Shown: positions 37,508 to 48,840 of the stretch, one piece after another
Numbering within the stretch: the first letter of the stretch is position 1
Layout: every line of letters begins with the position of its first letter
Origin: Marsupella aquatica
Lineage: Eukaryota > Plantae > Marchantiophyta
Assembly: GCA_973895155.1 (NCBI GenBank)
Contig: OZ316897.1
Span: 10,625,832 to 10,689,831 of the forward strand
DNA: 64,000 bases
Reading direction: 5' to 3'
Translations under genes and position numbers: made by a program
Notes under the pieces: model-generated
Told to the model about the DNA's origin: nothing
Seen by the model: the letters and a program-made list of their open reading frames with translations, nothing else
The model's database searches: none

Positions 37508-39898
37508 ATGAGGTTGACGTTGGGCAGGATGCATTTTTTTGTAGTCCTCAGTGTCCTGTTCCTGGCTGGGTTCCAGAGCCCTTTAGCAGCGCAGGAGGCA
37601 GCGCTTAGTTCAGGCTTGAGGAAGGATGGAGAGGCGTTGCGGATCTTCAAAAGTGAGATCACGTGCGACCCATCAGGAGCTGTACGAGATTGGGGAGCTC
37701 ATGCAAATCCTTGCCGATGGAATGGTGTGGAATGCGCTCGAGTCGATGGGATGGACAGGGTGGTCAGCCTAGAGCTATGGGGATTGGAGCTGGAGGGTTC
37801 CATCTCGTCCCAGGTAGGGCAGCTATCGGAGCTCCGAAAGCTGGCCATTGTGGGCAACAAGCTCACAGGGCACATCCCTTTGGAGATTCGGAACTGTCAC
37901 AGACTAACTCATCTGGACCTCCGTGCAAACCATCTGTCTGGTTCAATACCCTTCAGTCTGGCCGATCTCCCCCTTTTGGAAACCCTGAAATTGTCCGAGA
38001 ATCAGCTCACGGGGCCGTTGAGTGCACTTCTTTATGACAAGAAGGGGTACAGCAGCTTTAATCCTTTCCGTATCCTGGGAATACAGACAAATTCCGTGGC
38101 TGAGTTATGTTCCCAACTGCGAGTAGTGGATTTGGCTCATAATTCGCTGTCTGGGACGATCTCATCTGCTATAGGGGAATGCAGCAAGCTGGTGGAGCTG
38201 AGCGTGAACAACAATAAGCTCAGTGGACCGATTCCTGCCAGTCTCTCCGCCATTCCCCAATTACGGTCTTTGCTCCTCAACGGCAACCGTCTCGATGGGC
38301 CTCTGCCGGCTCCCATAGCGATCGGCTGCAAGAATCTCCAGTATCTGGATGTGTCCGACAACCTTTTGAGCGGATCGATTCCATCAGAATTTTCGGCTTA
38401 CAGAGGAGTTCGGCACTTCAACTTCGCCAGCAACCAACTGGTCGGTGCAATTCCTCTGGGCAGGTGGAGGGTCGAGCAGATGGCTATGGAGGGTTTTTTC
38501 TCCAGTAACCCGGGCTTGTGTGGCTGGCCTTTAACTCAAGTGTGTGACACCACACAACGAGAGAGTTCCAGTGAGGATTTTCAGCTACAAACCCCGGGGA
38601 GTCTATTCTACAAAGGTTGGAGCTTTCTTGCCGGCCTCTACTCGAGGTTGTACGAGAGGTCTCAGACTTTGGGGCAGCAGCTGGGCAACGTGCGTGTGCG
38701 AGGTGGCTTTGGCTGGAGGAGTAAAGCTGGGACTCGGAGGTCCATGGCAGAATCAGGCTCACCAGCAGCTTCACCAAAAGCTTCACCAGCAGCCTCCCCA
38801 GTATCTACACCAGCAGCCAGTCCTGCAAAAAGGAATCGCCACACAGTACGAAGGTGGGCTTTAGGGCTAGCTTTGGGGCTAGTGGCTGGTGCCATAGCTG
38901 CTGCTCTGCTTGCTGTTCTGCTCCGCCTGTTTGTCTTTTACATGCACAAAGCACCCCATCTACAGGGCCCCATCATTTTCCACCCCAACATCTCCCCCAA
39001 GATGTTACTGTTCTTGGAGAGAGATGAGTCCCTCCGCGAGGCAGATTTGGTGGGCGAGGGAGGTGCAGGACGAGTTTACAAGGCCGAGTTGGAGAACGGT
39101 ATGGTTGTGGCAGTCAAAAGAGTGGTGGTGAAAGAGGATCAGAAGGGCCTGTTTGGGAAGAAGCAGATTCAAGCAGAGCTTGAGACTCTCGGATGCATCC
39201 GTCATCGAAACCTGGTTGTTCTTCTGGCTTATGTACACAAACCAGACTGCCATCTCCTCCTCTACGAATACATGCAAAATGGATCTCTTTACCATGTTTT
39301 CCAGAAAGCAAATGCCGGAGAGCTGGAACTTCCTTGGCCCATAAGGCACCGGATTGCTTTTGGAACCTGCCAAGGATTGAGCTACCTTCATTTTCTGTCT
39401 AACCCCAGAATTGTTCACAGAGATTTGAAGCCGTCCAACATTTTGCTGGATGATATCTTTGTCGCCCATGTCTCCGATTTTGGGCTGGCCAAAGTGATTC
39501 CGGATGCCGACACACATGTGACCACTGGAGTGGCTGGCACTGTGGGGTACATAGCGCCAGAGTATTCTCAAACCTGTCGGTTCACTGATAGGAGTGATGT
39601 GTATTCCTTTGGAGTAGTGTTGGCTGTCCTTCTAACAGGCAAAGACCCCACGGATCAGTTCTTCCACACCGTGCCCGGGGGAAGCATTGGAAGCTGGTTG
39701 CATGATCTTCTGCAGAAGGGAGAAGGTGTTGACGCCATTGACCCAAAGCTCAAAACTGGTGACAGTGGTTTCGAGGCGGAGATTCTCTTGGCCATGAAAA
39801 TAGCGGTTTTTTGCACCAATGCAAATCCAAACGAGAGGCCATCGAGTAAGGAGGTACTGGTCATGCTCGAGCAGATTCGGAAGGATGAAGAAACCTAA
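37508..39898 (+). CDS. SOBIR1: LRR receptor-like Ser/Thr kinase, SOBIR1/EVERSHED-like, 796 aa, intronless CDS
   Basis: Signal peptide, LRRNT (PCRWNGVEC), about 9 LRRs, an SP-rich stalk and the TM WALGLALGLVAG (GxxxGxxxG). RD kinase (GEGGAG, VAVK, HRDLKPSN, DFG, APE) with SOBIR1-like segments FGLAKVIPDADTHVT and YSQTCRFTD. Orthology judged from recalled sequence, not a search. Confidence 0.88.
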   Translation: MRLTLGRMHFFVVLSVLFLAGFQSPLAAQEAALSSGLRKDGEALRIFKSEITCDPSGAVRDWGAHANPCRWNGVECARVDGMDRVVSLELWGLELEGSISSQVGQLSELRKLAIVGNKLTGHIPLEIRNCHRLTHLDLRANHLSGSIPFSLADLPLLETLKLSENQLTGPLSALLYDKKGYSSFNPFRILGIQTNSVAELCSQLRVVDLAHNSLSGTISSAIGECSKLVELSVNNNKLSGPIPASLSAIPQLRSLLLNGNRLDGPLPAPIAIGCKNLQYLDVSDNLLSGSIPSEFSAYRGVRHFNFASNQLVGAIPLGRWRVEQMAMEGFFSSNPGLCGWPLTQVCDTTQRESSSEDFQLQTPGSLFYKGWSFLAGLYSRLYERSQTLGQQLGNVRVRGGFGWRSKAGTRRSMAESGSPAASPKASPAASPVSTPAASPAKRNRHTVRRWALGLALGLVAGAIAAALLAVLLRLFVFYMHKAPHLQGPIIFHPNISPKMLLFLERDESLREADLVGEGGAGRVYKAELENGMVVAVKRVVVKEDQKGLFGKKQIQAELETLGCIRHRNLVVLLAYVHKPDCHLLLYEYMQNGSLYHVFQKANAGELELPWPIRHRIAFGTCQGLSYLHFLSNPRIVHRDLKPSNILLDDIFVAHVSDFGLAKVIPDADTHVTTGVAGTVGYIAPEYSQTCRFTDRSDVYSFGVVLAVLLTGKDPTDQFFHTVPGGSIGSWLHDLLQKGEGVDAIDPKLKTGDSGFEAEILLAMKIAVFCTNANPNERPSSKEVLVMLEQIRKDEET

Positions 39899-42800
39899 AC
39901 CGAAGTTGCTTTTTAACTCTACTCTTTGTACCTGACTTGTGGCACTAGTGGATGTAGCTTTTGAAATAGACGGGGTGCAGTTTTTCTAAATTGTATATGT
40001 GAATTTTCTGGTGTCGAATTGTTATCTGTGGATCCGCAAAAGATGAGGGGAGCTTTGTTTAACCCCTTTGACTCATTGGGCATACTTATAGTTTGGCATT
40101 TGCTGTTATCAGGGGCCCAGTAGTATTGGCGTGAATGGTAATCTGAATAAGCTGTAGTGGGATACTGCTGTTCAAGTAGGTTTGCTCAGGCCATCATAGT
40201 CGAATGCATCTTTTTTCGCTATTGACCACAGTATTTGCAGAAAGGACATATTTGACATTGGAAGAATTGATGTGTGTCATCTGAGCGGGCCGTAGTGTGA
40301 AACTGGTGACCCAACAGTATCTCTGGGCTAATATCCAGATGGATGGTCTTACAACTTGAACCGCATTCTTCTACTGTCAAAACCTGTATCAGGCATTTAC
40401 CCAAATTTACCACTAGAACTCATTCGGTACCGCCCACAACATGTATAATTTGTGGGCTGACAGAGGAGTTCATTGGACGGTGTAATAAATTCAATTGGTT
40501 TCCAGGATTTGTAATTGGACCAGACCGGGAGAGGGTCTTGTTTTAGAAAGTCGGAAAATATCTAAATCTTGGTCAGTATCTAGATCCATGTCGCTGACAT
40601 GTCGGAACACGTCAGATACACCCCAAAGGTGTACTTTGAGGTCGTTTCCAGTGACTTCTTCTATTTCTAAAGACATTGTGAGAGCAGATTTGCTCGTTGA
40701 TTAGCTAGAGGTTCGAAGTCTGCAAGTGAGATGAAATTCTAATGAAACGCGGATGCTGATTCGTCACTGGAGTTGGAGGTAGAGTTTGACATTGAACTTC
40801 TTCTCAGCTGCTGACGAGTTCGATCGGTGCAGTAGGAAGGGTGTTCTCATCCAATTTTGAATGTTCTCGTTCACCGTGTCATAAAAAATCCCACTTAATA
40901 TACAGTATTTTAAAGGACGAAGGGAGAGCTGCTGACACAATGAATAAATCGACAAGCCGTCTCAATTGTGAATGCTCGGACAACTCAATGTACTAATGTG
41001 TACATGGTTGGATGGTTAAACCACAATTGAGAGCTATCTATAGCTCTCAACATACACACCCACATTCACCTATAGTATGGGTGGAGAGCACAAATTCGAA
41101 TTTCTCGCACTCACTGTCATCTCATCAGTCCAGCATATGGGTCAATAGGGTTCAAAATGTAGATCTCGCCTAGATTTACGTTCTTCGAAAAGCAAAATCT
41201 AAAACTAGTCAATTGTAAGGAAAAAATCTTAAAAAACAATTGCAACCACCTGATTGGTTAGGGCCGGCCAGGTATATGGGCAGGGGAGTGATGGCATGCG
41301 GGCAGGAGTGGCTGGAGGCATCGTCGTCTCCCAGCCACTGACCGGCAGTCACTCAGGTTGCAAACAGCCCTTAAACTTTGGCCAGTGAAGATTCTGTGTC
41401 CCAAAGAAACTCTATGCAGCAAAGAAACGCCAATGCATGCCTTGGACTGCCTCACTACTTCCGTCCTCTTCTCTCTTGTGCGAGTTGCATGGAAAGTTCA
41501 ATTTTCTTCTCGATGATGCGGCGAGACAGATTTCAGGTCTCCAAACACTTCTCCGTACTCATGCTAGCAACCGGGACCTCTTTGTATCACCAAGGTATGA
41601 TTTCCAAAATCGAACACATACGATATCAGTTTAGTTTATAATTTGTGTTTTCGATGTATTACTAATTCCTTCAAGGGTGGACATGTACATTAAGTTTTCT
41701 CTTCACATAATTTCATTCAATCTGATAATTATAATATAGATCAAAGGCTAGGAGACAGGAGATCGAAACGGAAGTGAAATCAGCTCATTACATCCAATTT
41801 AGTCCTCACGGGAAGAACCAATGAGATTGACTCTTTCCCAAAGACAAATATATCCTACAATCGGAAAGAAAACTTTTTGCTATCATCCGACCAATTGAAT
41901 GAAATGAAATGAATATATCCGTCCAAACTCTTTGCAGTCAAGAAGTCATCAAAACTTTCTAATTGAAGGGATGAGGTGTATCTTGTCCCTATCCTAGTAG
42001 TGATCTATTCCTCATCCCTTTGTAGAGACATCAGGACTTTGCCCTTTCGGGTCAATGGCGCCAGTGTAGTGCGTTCCAGGCTTTCTAGATGAACTTCAAA
42101 TGGCTTTCCGGTTGTGACTGTAAAATTTACTTTGCGTCAACAAAAGTCTTACCCCAAACTTTAGATAGCTATACTAACTGCAGCTGAATTGAGGTAGAAG
42201 ATCTCCTATAAACCAAGAACAATATAAAGAAAGCGGAGGATGAGCAGCTGTGGTACAGACTTGGGCAGAGTCAGATACATGGCTAGACGATAGGAAGAGA
42301 AGAGAAAAGCAAAGAAAAATTAGGAGAAGACTGCAGCCAGGGCGAGTTGGACAATGGTAGCAGTCGGCAAGCAAAGGGGTGGCCAATACTGAAGCAATCT
42401 AATCACTGCTGAGATTGAGCAGCTCAACTGCAACAAGCGCAACTGAATAGCCGACGAATTCCCAACGAATGCGGAGCAGAATTCAAAATCGCATTTGTGC
42501 TCAGCCGCTGCAATTGTGCTCTCTCTGTGTGAAGAAAGGAGCGATTCAGAGCAAGCAAATTCTGAACAAACGGATTGAGTGAAGTTCTTTAGTTTGTTCC
42601 ACTCAACCACATACAACTAAATTGAAGAGCAAAAACAAAAGTAAAAACACAGCTAAAATTGTATGTATGCTCTCACCCTCTTTCTTTGCAATCCACAAGC
42701 TACAGTGTAGCAATTGCTATATTCTTCCCCACAATAGTCACCCGCAACCTCAGCACCATGATCAGCACCATTGATCAGCACCATGCAACAGGAGTTCAAG

Positions 42801-43260
42801 TTGCAAACCTCACCTCGCAACTTGAACTCACAGCTTGAACTCACAGCTTGAACAACGAACTCTATGTACAATTAGCTCAAACTATCGTTGACTGTAAAGG
42901 GTGATAGAAAGGAAGGAACCAACCAGGGAGGTAGTAGGCATGAAAACGAGGAGTGTGAGGGGACCACACTCCCCACTACATGCCTTTGTTAATTAAAGGA
43001 GTGCCTCTTTTGTTAATTAAAGGAGTGCCTCTCACCTCTAGTCAGCTCACTTTGGGTGTAGCCAACTTGCAATCTACTGCCCGTACTCACTCCCAATTCC
43101 ATGGAACCTAGCCCTAAGTAGGGTGAGGGTGGCTGAGCAGGGGAGGCTAATGAGGAAGCAGGGATGGCCTATGAGGGATGGAGAGGCATGTTAGGCTTTA
43201 TTGTGGGATCTGGAGTTACTATGCAGCCATAGTCAGGTACTTGATTAAAGTTAGATGTGT

Positions 43261-43422
43261 CACTACTATATTCACTAGAAAAATTTAGCTTGTGAGTAGA
43301 ACTTAGGCTCATTTTTACGGAGCTATGAGATAGGGAGAGCATAGACACTATATTCACTAGAAAAATTTAGCTTGTGAGTGGAACTTAGGCTCATTTTTAC
43401 GGAGCTTTGAGATAGGGAGTGC
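43261..43422. repeat. Tandem duplication of about 81 bp
   Basis: CTATATTCACTAGAAAAATTTAGCTTGTGAGT...GAGATAGGGAG occurs twice. Confidence 0.88.
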
Positions 43423-43456
43423 TTAGTCTATGGAGACTCAATATGATCGATGAGCC

Positions 43457-43814
43457 TGTTGAGTACAGTCGACATTTAGAACGGCAAGCCCAATCATGAT
43501 TATTCAACGCATAAGTAGTCAAGACAGAGAAATTCATGGTTCACCTCAACTGAGGTTACGTCCACCAGAACTCATGAAAGCATTAATATTTATTGCACTC
43601 TAGACCCGTCAACCATACCGAGTCTTCACAATACTAATTCTCCCTATATTTCAACTGGCTCTGTAACAATGAGCTTGAGTTTCCCCGATCCAAACAAACA
43701 CTACTTGGGGATATAGTGTGCAACATGACTGACCTAACCAAGTTTGCGACTAAGGGTAGCCCTAAGTATCTTATAGTTGTGTCTGTAGACCTAAGAGTAA
43801 ATTAATGCCTAATA
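43457..43814. mobile_element. Solo LTR (358 bp)
   Basis: TGTTGAG...CTAATA with a perfect GAGCC TSD. Same family as 24344-24688. Confidence 0.85.
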
Positions 43815-44233
43815 GAGCCAAGAGTTCAGTAAATGTTTTTTGTGTTTTCCAAATTGTGAACATAGCATGTGTGTTCCTTGGCAGTTGCACATGTGCATGC
43901 TGTCTTTATATAGTACAAAGTTGTTTACTCAACAATTATGGTTTATATCAGAGCATGCTTGCTTGGGAGCTACAATTTTTGTGACGGTTTGCTTAGCACA
44001 CATTATTGTTGGTGTTTTCAAGAGTTTTATAAGTACATGAACTTGGATGTTAGCCCGGTTCATAAGATAGACTAGTGTTACTTAGGGCATTATAAAAGTA
44101 CTTAGACTCATTGATCAAAGTTTGGAGGAAGAGGTAATCAAAGATTTTTCCATTACAAAGGTTTTGGTGGAAGTTGAGAGGATTGAATTTCTTTTCTAGA
44201 GGAGAAAGAGATTTTGATGTTGTGTGGAGCCCG

Positions 44234-46024
44234 CCCAACGCAAGCTCCCTTGGGAGACTGAACAGCGCCCAACGACAATTATATTACAAAATTAAAGGTA
44301 GAGATTGCCTATTTATTGGCTTTGCAGCTTGGTTGCTGTTCGGCAGGATTTGACAAGCGGGCGAGCTAACACCCACAAACCCCGAGAACCCATGGAACCC
44401 CCAGACCCAGCTGAGCTCAGGAGGGAGTAACCCTTCTCAAGAGATTTCCAACGCACCCAAGAAGTCCTCCAACGGACTTCCCGTTGGGGAGATATCGTCG
44501 TTTCCGTTTGGTGCTTTCCCTTAGTGTCGCGACCGCCACGGCTCACGACTTCGGCTCGCCCTTAGCCCCCAAGGAGACACCACTCCCCTCATATATGCTT
44601 TTGGAGACCTACCACCCCCGGACCAACTTTGGTCCCAAAAGGTTTGGCCTCCAACCCGGATCCTATCACGCATATTGGGCGCGCCACAAACTGGCAACGC
44701 CCATAACTTTCTCGTTAGGCATCCACAAGCGGAGTGCCTTAGCCTGTTGTGATCGGGCCGACCCAGTGCTCATGCCTAGGCCCTCAGGTCTCATTGCCGC
44801 TCAGGGCCCCTGACCGGCCCAACCCGGATCGGGCCATAACTTGCGCCCCAAGCATTCGTTGCCCATGGCGTCAACTCCATTGGCCTTGGGCCCAAGAGAA
44901 GCTCACGCTCAAGCCCTCAGAACTCAAAGTCCGTTCGGGGGTCCAGACGGTCGACCTTGAGCCCGGCCCATTTTCCCCCTGGACCCGACCAGCTCTCGGC
45001 TAGCCTAAGTCCTTAGTGTGTGTCACCAGCTTGGCTCCTTGCATTCGCTAGTGCCACGTCTCGTTGCCCACAAGTCTCCCCATGCTAAGTCCTCCCCGGA
45101 TGGCCTATTCGGGCCTGGACCATAAGGGAGCTCGGCGTCGGAGTCAGCGACGCCGGAGCTAAGTGTTAAGGTAGTCGAGTTCCGCGACTGGCGGTCACAA
45201 CACCAAGGGAAAATGTCAAACGGAAACGACAATATCTTCCCAATGGGAAGTCCGTTGGAGGACTTCTTGGGTGCGTTGGAAATATCTTGAGGAGGACTAC
45301 ATCCTCCTGAGCTCAAATAGTCTAGGGTTGCTATGGGTTCTTGGGGTTTGTGGGGGCTAGCTCGTTCGCTTACCAAATCCTGCCAAAATAACAGCCAAGC
45401 CGCGTTCAGTCTCCCAAGGGAGCTTGCATTGGGGAGACAAGACTAAGTAGGCATGGAGGATGAGTTCCAAGGGCACTTGGCCCCTAGGCTATCAGCGAGT
45501 GAGAACCGGGAGTTAGTTGTTAGATTCGGGGCCATTTTTGTCCCGACGTGTTGGGACAAGCTTTAGAACAAGCTATGTTATTTGGGCCATGAGCATGTCC
45601 TGGTGGCAGGGCGGTCAATTGATGATGGATAGGTACGAGGGGAAACTCGGGCTGCACCTAAGGAAGGAATTGTTCTGGATGAACAATGGGTGTTGGTTCT
45701 GGTTCCGACTTATGACATCAGAAGGACCTATCGCTGACCTACTTACCAATGTTTATTGAGCTTGAGTTAGGATGCTAGACTTAGGGGAGATCTAGATCCG
45801 GTTTGGGTTACTTACCGAGTCACTTGGTTGCTTGTGCAAACAATGAGGACCGTTGAGTAGCGGTCGTGATAGAGAGCAAGTGCCTCTTCGTATGGGAGGA
45901 GCAGCAGGTGCAAAGGGCATCAAGTTGCTTGCTTGAGGTATTCCGTGGAGGCGTTCGGGCATCAGGGGCACTTAGACGTGGGTGCTGGGATTGGTGAGGG
46001 TGCTAGGTGGCTAGGTCCACCACT
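44234..46024. mobile_element. Right half of the nested AGT...ACT LTR-like pair (inner copy 44234-45189 minus; host copy 45190-46024 plus)
   Basis: About 44237-44537 and 45190-45432 form an inverted repeat. The terminus ...CGCGACT at 45189 is followed by GGCGG, and the terminus CCACCACT at 46024 is followed by CAAAA. Confidence 0.8.
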
Positions 46025-46495
46025 CAAAAGAAAGATATGTGGGATAGTTTCAATAGTGCCTAAGCATAGCGTACAGATTCCATCAGATTTAGCAATCTGC
46101 AAGGCCCTAGAACCCGAGAAGAGCCCTTGCGCCAAGATCTACCACACAAAGGTTTTAGCTTTTGTGGACAGATCAGCAGTCCACACCACTTTCCAAACAT
46201 GACTCCATTCAATCTCAGTCAAAGCTTCCTGCCAGATCCGGTTTAATCTAGAGAAATCAGATCCCTTGGGGTGAAGCATCTCATACACTCTACCGTTAGA
46301 AGTACTAAAATGATTAGGCACATAATCCATGTCAAGCCAATGCCATTGTCTAGCCAAGGAGTCAAAAGCTGTGCCCCAAAATCCAGTCCTCTGAATAACA
46401 CAGATAAATGATGAACACCAGTGCTTCTCCACTGTGGAAAAACCTCTGAACCGGAGAAGCCTGGCCTCCAAAGTCCTTCACTCACAGTCCCCATA
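46025..46495 (-). mobile_element. L1-type LINE ORF2 fragment (zf-RVT region)
   Basis: WSHVWKVVWTADLSTKAKTFVW*ILAQGL...GICTLCLGTIETIPHIF is typical of the non-LTR RT zinc-binding region. Confidence 0.8.
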
Positions 46496-47336
46496 GGACC
46501 AAAGGTGATGACATAAATTGCTATAATAATGGATTACCAACTCCATGATAGATCACTTTTTGCCATAAAGATTGGTCATATGCCACTACCATAAGTTATT
46601 ATAGAGGTAATGAAAAAAACTTTTACATAATTGTGTGAAAAAGCTATGACCATTTGTGTATGGTCAGAAGCCATCATCCATAACTAGGACGGTTTGAGAC
46701 ACCCTACCATAATAGCAATTTCTTCAGCAAGTGCCTATGATTGCAGCCAACCTAAAGTTTTGTACAGTGGTACATGTGGCTGCAACCAAGCTGAAGACAC
46801 TGTCTCGGGCAGGGATGATTTTGCTCTGCCTCCCATAGCTATTGGACCAGAGCCTCATTCAAGTTACATTTAAACTCCATTTCGATTGTGCCTGATCCCC
46901 TCCTCCATCCTTGTTCTTTTTAGCAAGGTCGCTCTGCCCCCCATAGCTATAGAGTCCCTTGCCTCAACTTAAGATACTCCGTGTACTAGAAGGCAGATCT
47001 TTCAAACCCTGCCTGATCTCCTCAATCCTCGTCACTGTAATTTTTAAGGTTTTTTCTTTTTAGTCAGGTCCTCTGCCTCCCATCGGTACAGGACCATTGC
47101 CTCAATTAAATTTATACTCGGTGTACTACATTGAAACGTTTAAGGTTTTTACATTCTAGTCAGGTCCTCTGCCTTCCACCTGTATAGGACCCTAACCTCA
47201 ACCAACTTTATACTCACTATACTTCTTGTAGATCTTTCTTTTCTTTTCTTTTAGTGTCTTGTGTTCAATACTGATACTGACGACTGTACTGCTTATGGGT
47301 CTTTTGTTTTTTTAGCATTGTGAATTGTGCCTGATC

Positions 47337-47489
47337 TATATATATCTCAAATAAGATAAGCCAAACCAGGAGTTAGGATCCAAAAAGCAAAAAATCCAAT
47401 AAAGGGGGAAACAGGGAAAGACCCAAGACGACCGAAGAGGCCTCACAATCTCAAAAGTCCCAGAAACTACAAACGAAAGAAAAGTCGAC
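47337..47489 (-). mobile_element. Short insertion, probably a truncated non-LTR 3' tail
   Basis: Flanked by the 9-bp direct repeat TGCCTGATC (47328-47336, 47490-47498). T/G-rich on the minus strand. Confidence 0.45.
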
Positions 47490-48222
47490 TGCCTGATCCC
47501 AATCCTAGTCACCGCAACTATTAAGGTATTTGTTTTTAGTCTAGGTGGCGAATGTCACGACCTTGTGCCAAAGAGAGTTGTTAATTAAGATTCTTCCTTC
47601 CCAAACTTTAGAACATTCACTTCAGATCTCCCTAGATTTAAGGTTCTGGCTACAGCGAATGTGAATCCGAAGATTTCATGCCTTGCCTTTTTAAATAATT
47701 TTGACGACAGCGGACTGTTTCTGCAGCCCTGAATTCTTGGCACTGAATATCTAGAATGTCTGAAATTCTGAAATAAAAAATTCATCTGCGCTGTTGGGCC
47801 GTCATCATCATTTTATCCGAGAATGAGTTCAGGTAACAGCTGTAGCGAACAAGCATTCTAAGAGTACTGTAGGTCCGCAGAAGCTCACGATTGAGGTGGT
47901 GCAGAATCCGTGTGACACGATTGATTGACGTGGAGGATAAGCAGGGTCTCATTTCTGAGTTGGGTTTGATTGAGGGACGGCTTTCGAATGCTCGCTGCCG
48001 ATGTGTGCGCTTTTAAAGCGATCCCAGAACTAAAAGTTATTGGTGTCTAATGGCAGCGATTGATTGATTGAGTGATCAGAGCCTGAGAGAGAGTTGAAAC
48101 TTCGTTTCTCGATTCGGTCGGTGGTTTGCAATTGTTGGGCGAAGCTGATTGCGTTGGGGAGAACTGCAAATTGGGCTGTAGTAGAGGGATTTGGTGAAGA
48201 TCTTGAAAGTTGTAGGTAATTA

Positions 48223-48840
48223 ATGGCGGCGTCCCTTTCTACAGCAAGTATTGGTCATCTTTCGGTCGGTGTTTCCTCCTCGTCATCGAATTTTCTCTCT
48301 CAATCGAAGCGCTTGACTGCCTCGTGTAATCCTTCGAGCCACACGTCTTCGATTTCGGGCGGGAGCGTCTCGTCGTCGTCTACAGGTGGATTCAGGGGCG
48401 CGAGATGCAGAACAAGTAGTGTTGAGCTTGAGGCTCCTTCTGCGGCAGCAACGACTTTGTATGGTGTCCTAGGACTGGAGCAGAGCGTCGACCTCAACGA
48501 TATCAAGACCTCGTACCGGAAGCTTGCGCGGCGGTACCACCCGGATGTGTGCTCCGGAGAGGACCGGGAGGAATGCACGAAGATGTTCCTGCAGGTGCAA
48601 GACGCGTACGAGGTTCTCTCCGATCCCGTTCGGAGAGCCAAATACGACCACCAGCTGATGAATCCGCTCGGCCCTGCCTCAGTTGGATGGGGCAGCATGG
48701 TTAGGCGGAGTAAGGAAAACGAGACCGACACTTTGGCATGGAGGTCGGCGTGGAAGGAGCAATTGGCGCGTTTCCCGAGAAGGGAACGACAGGCGGACTC
48801 TTGGGCTGCTAAGATGCGCGCAAAGGATGCAGCACGCTAA
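48223..48840 (+). CDS. J20: Plastid-targeted small J-domain co-chaperone (J20/DJC-like), 205 aa
   Basis: Ser-rich transit-peptide-like N-terminus. J-domain TLYGVLGL...LARRYHPDV...AYEVLSDP. The C-terminal W...W..QL...SWAAKMR resembles plant J20. Confidence 0.88.
   Translation: MAASLSTASIGHLSVGVSSSSSNFLSQSKRLTASCNPSSHTSSISGGSVSSSSTGGFRGARCRTSSVELEAPSAAATTLYGVLGLEQSVDLNDIKTSYRKLARRYHPDVCSGEDREECTKMFLQVQDAYEVLSDPVRRAKYDHQLMNPLGPASVGWGSMVRRSKENETDTLAWRSAWKEQLARFPRRERQADSWAAKMRAKDAAR

Noticed and set aside
40200-41640. Short ORF fragments downstream of the RLK
   Set aside because: Could not be joined into a gene model or assigned to a family.
44234-46024. DIRS- or Penelope-like inverted terminal structure
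   Set aside because: Fully explained by reverse-orientation nesting with 5-bp TSDs. No recombinase or RT remnants.
46500-46735. Possible CACTA end
   Set aside because: No intact terminus or partner end found.
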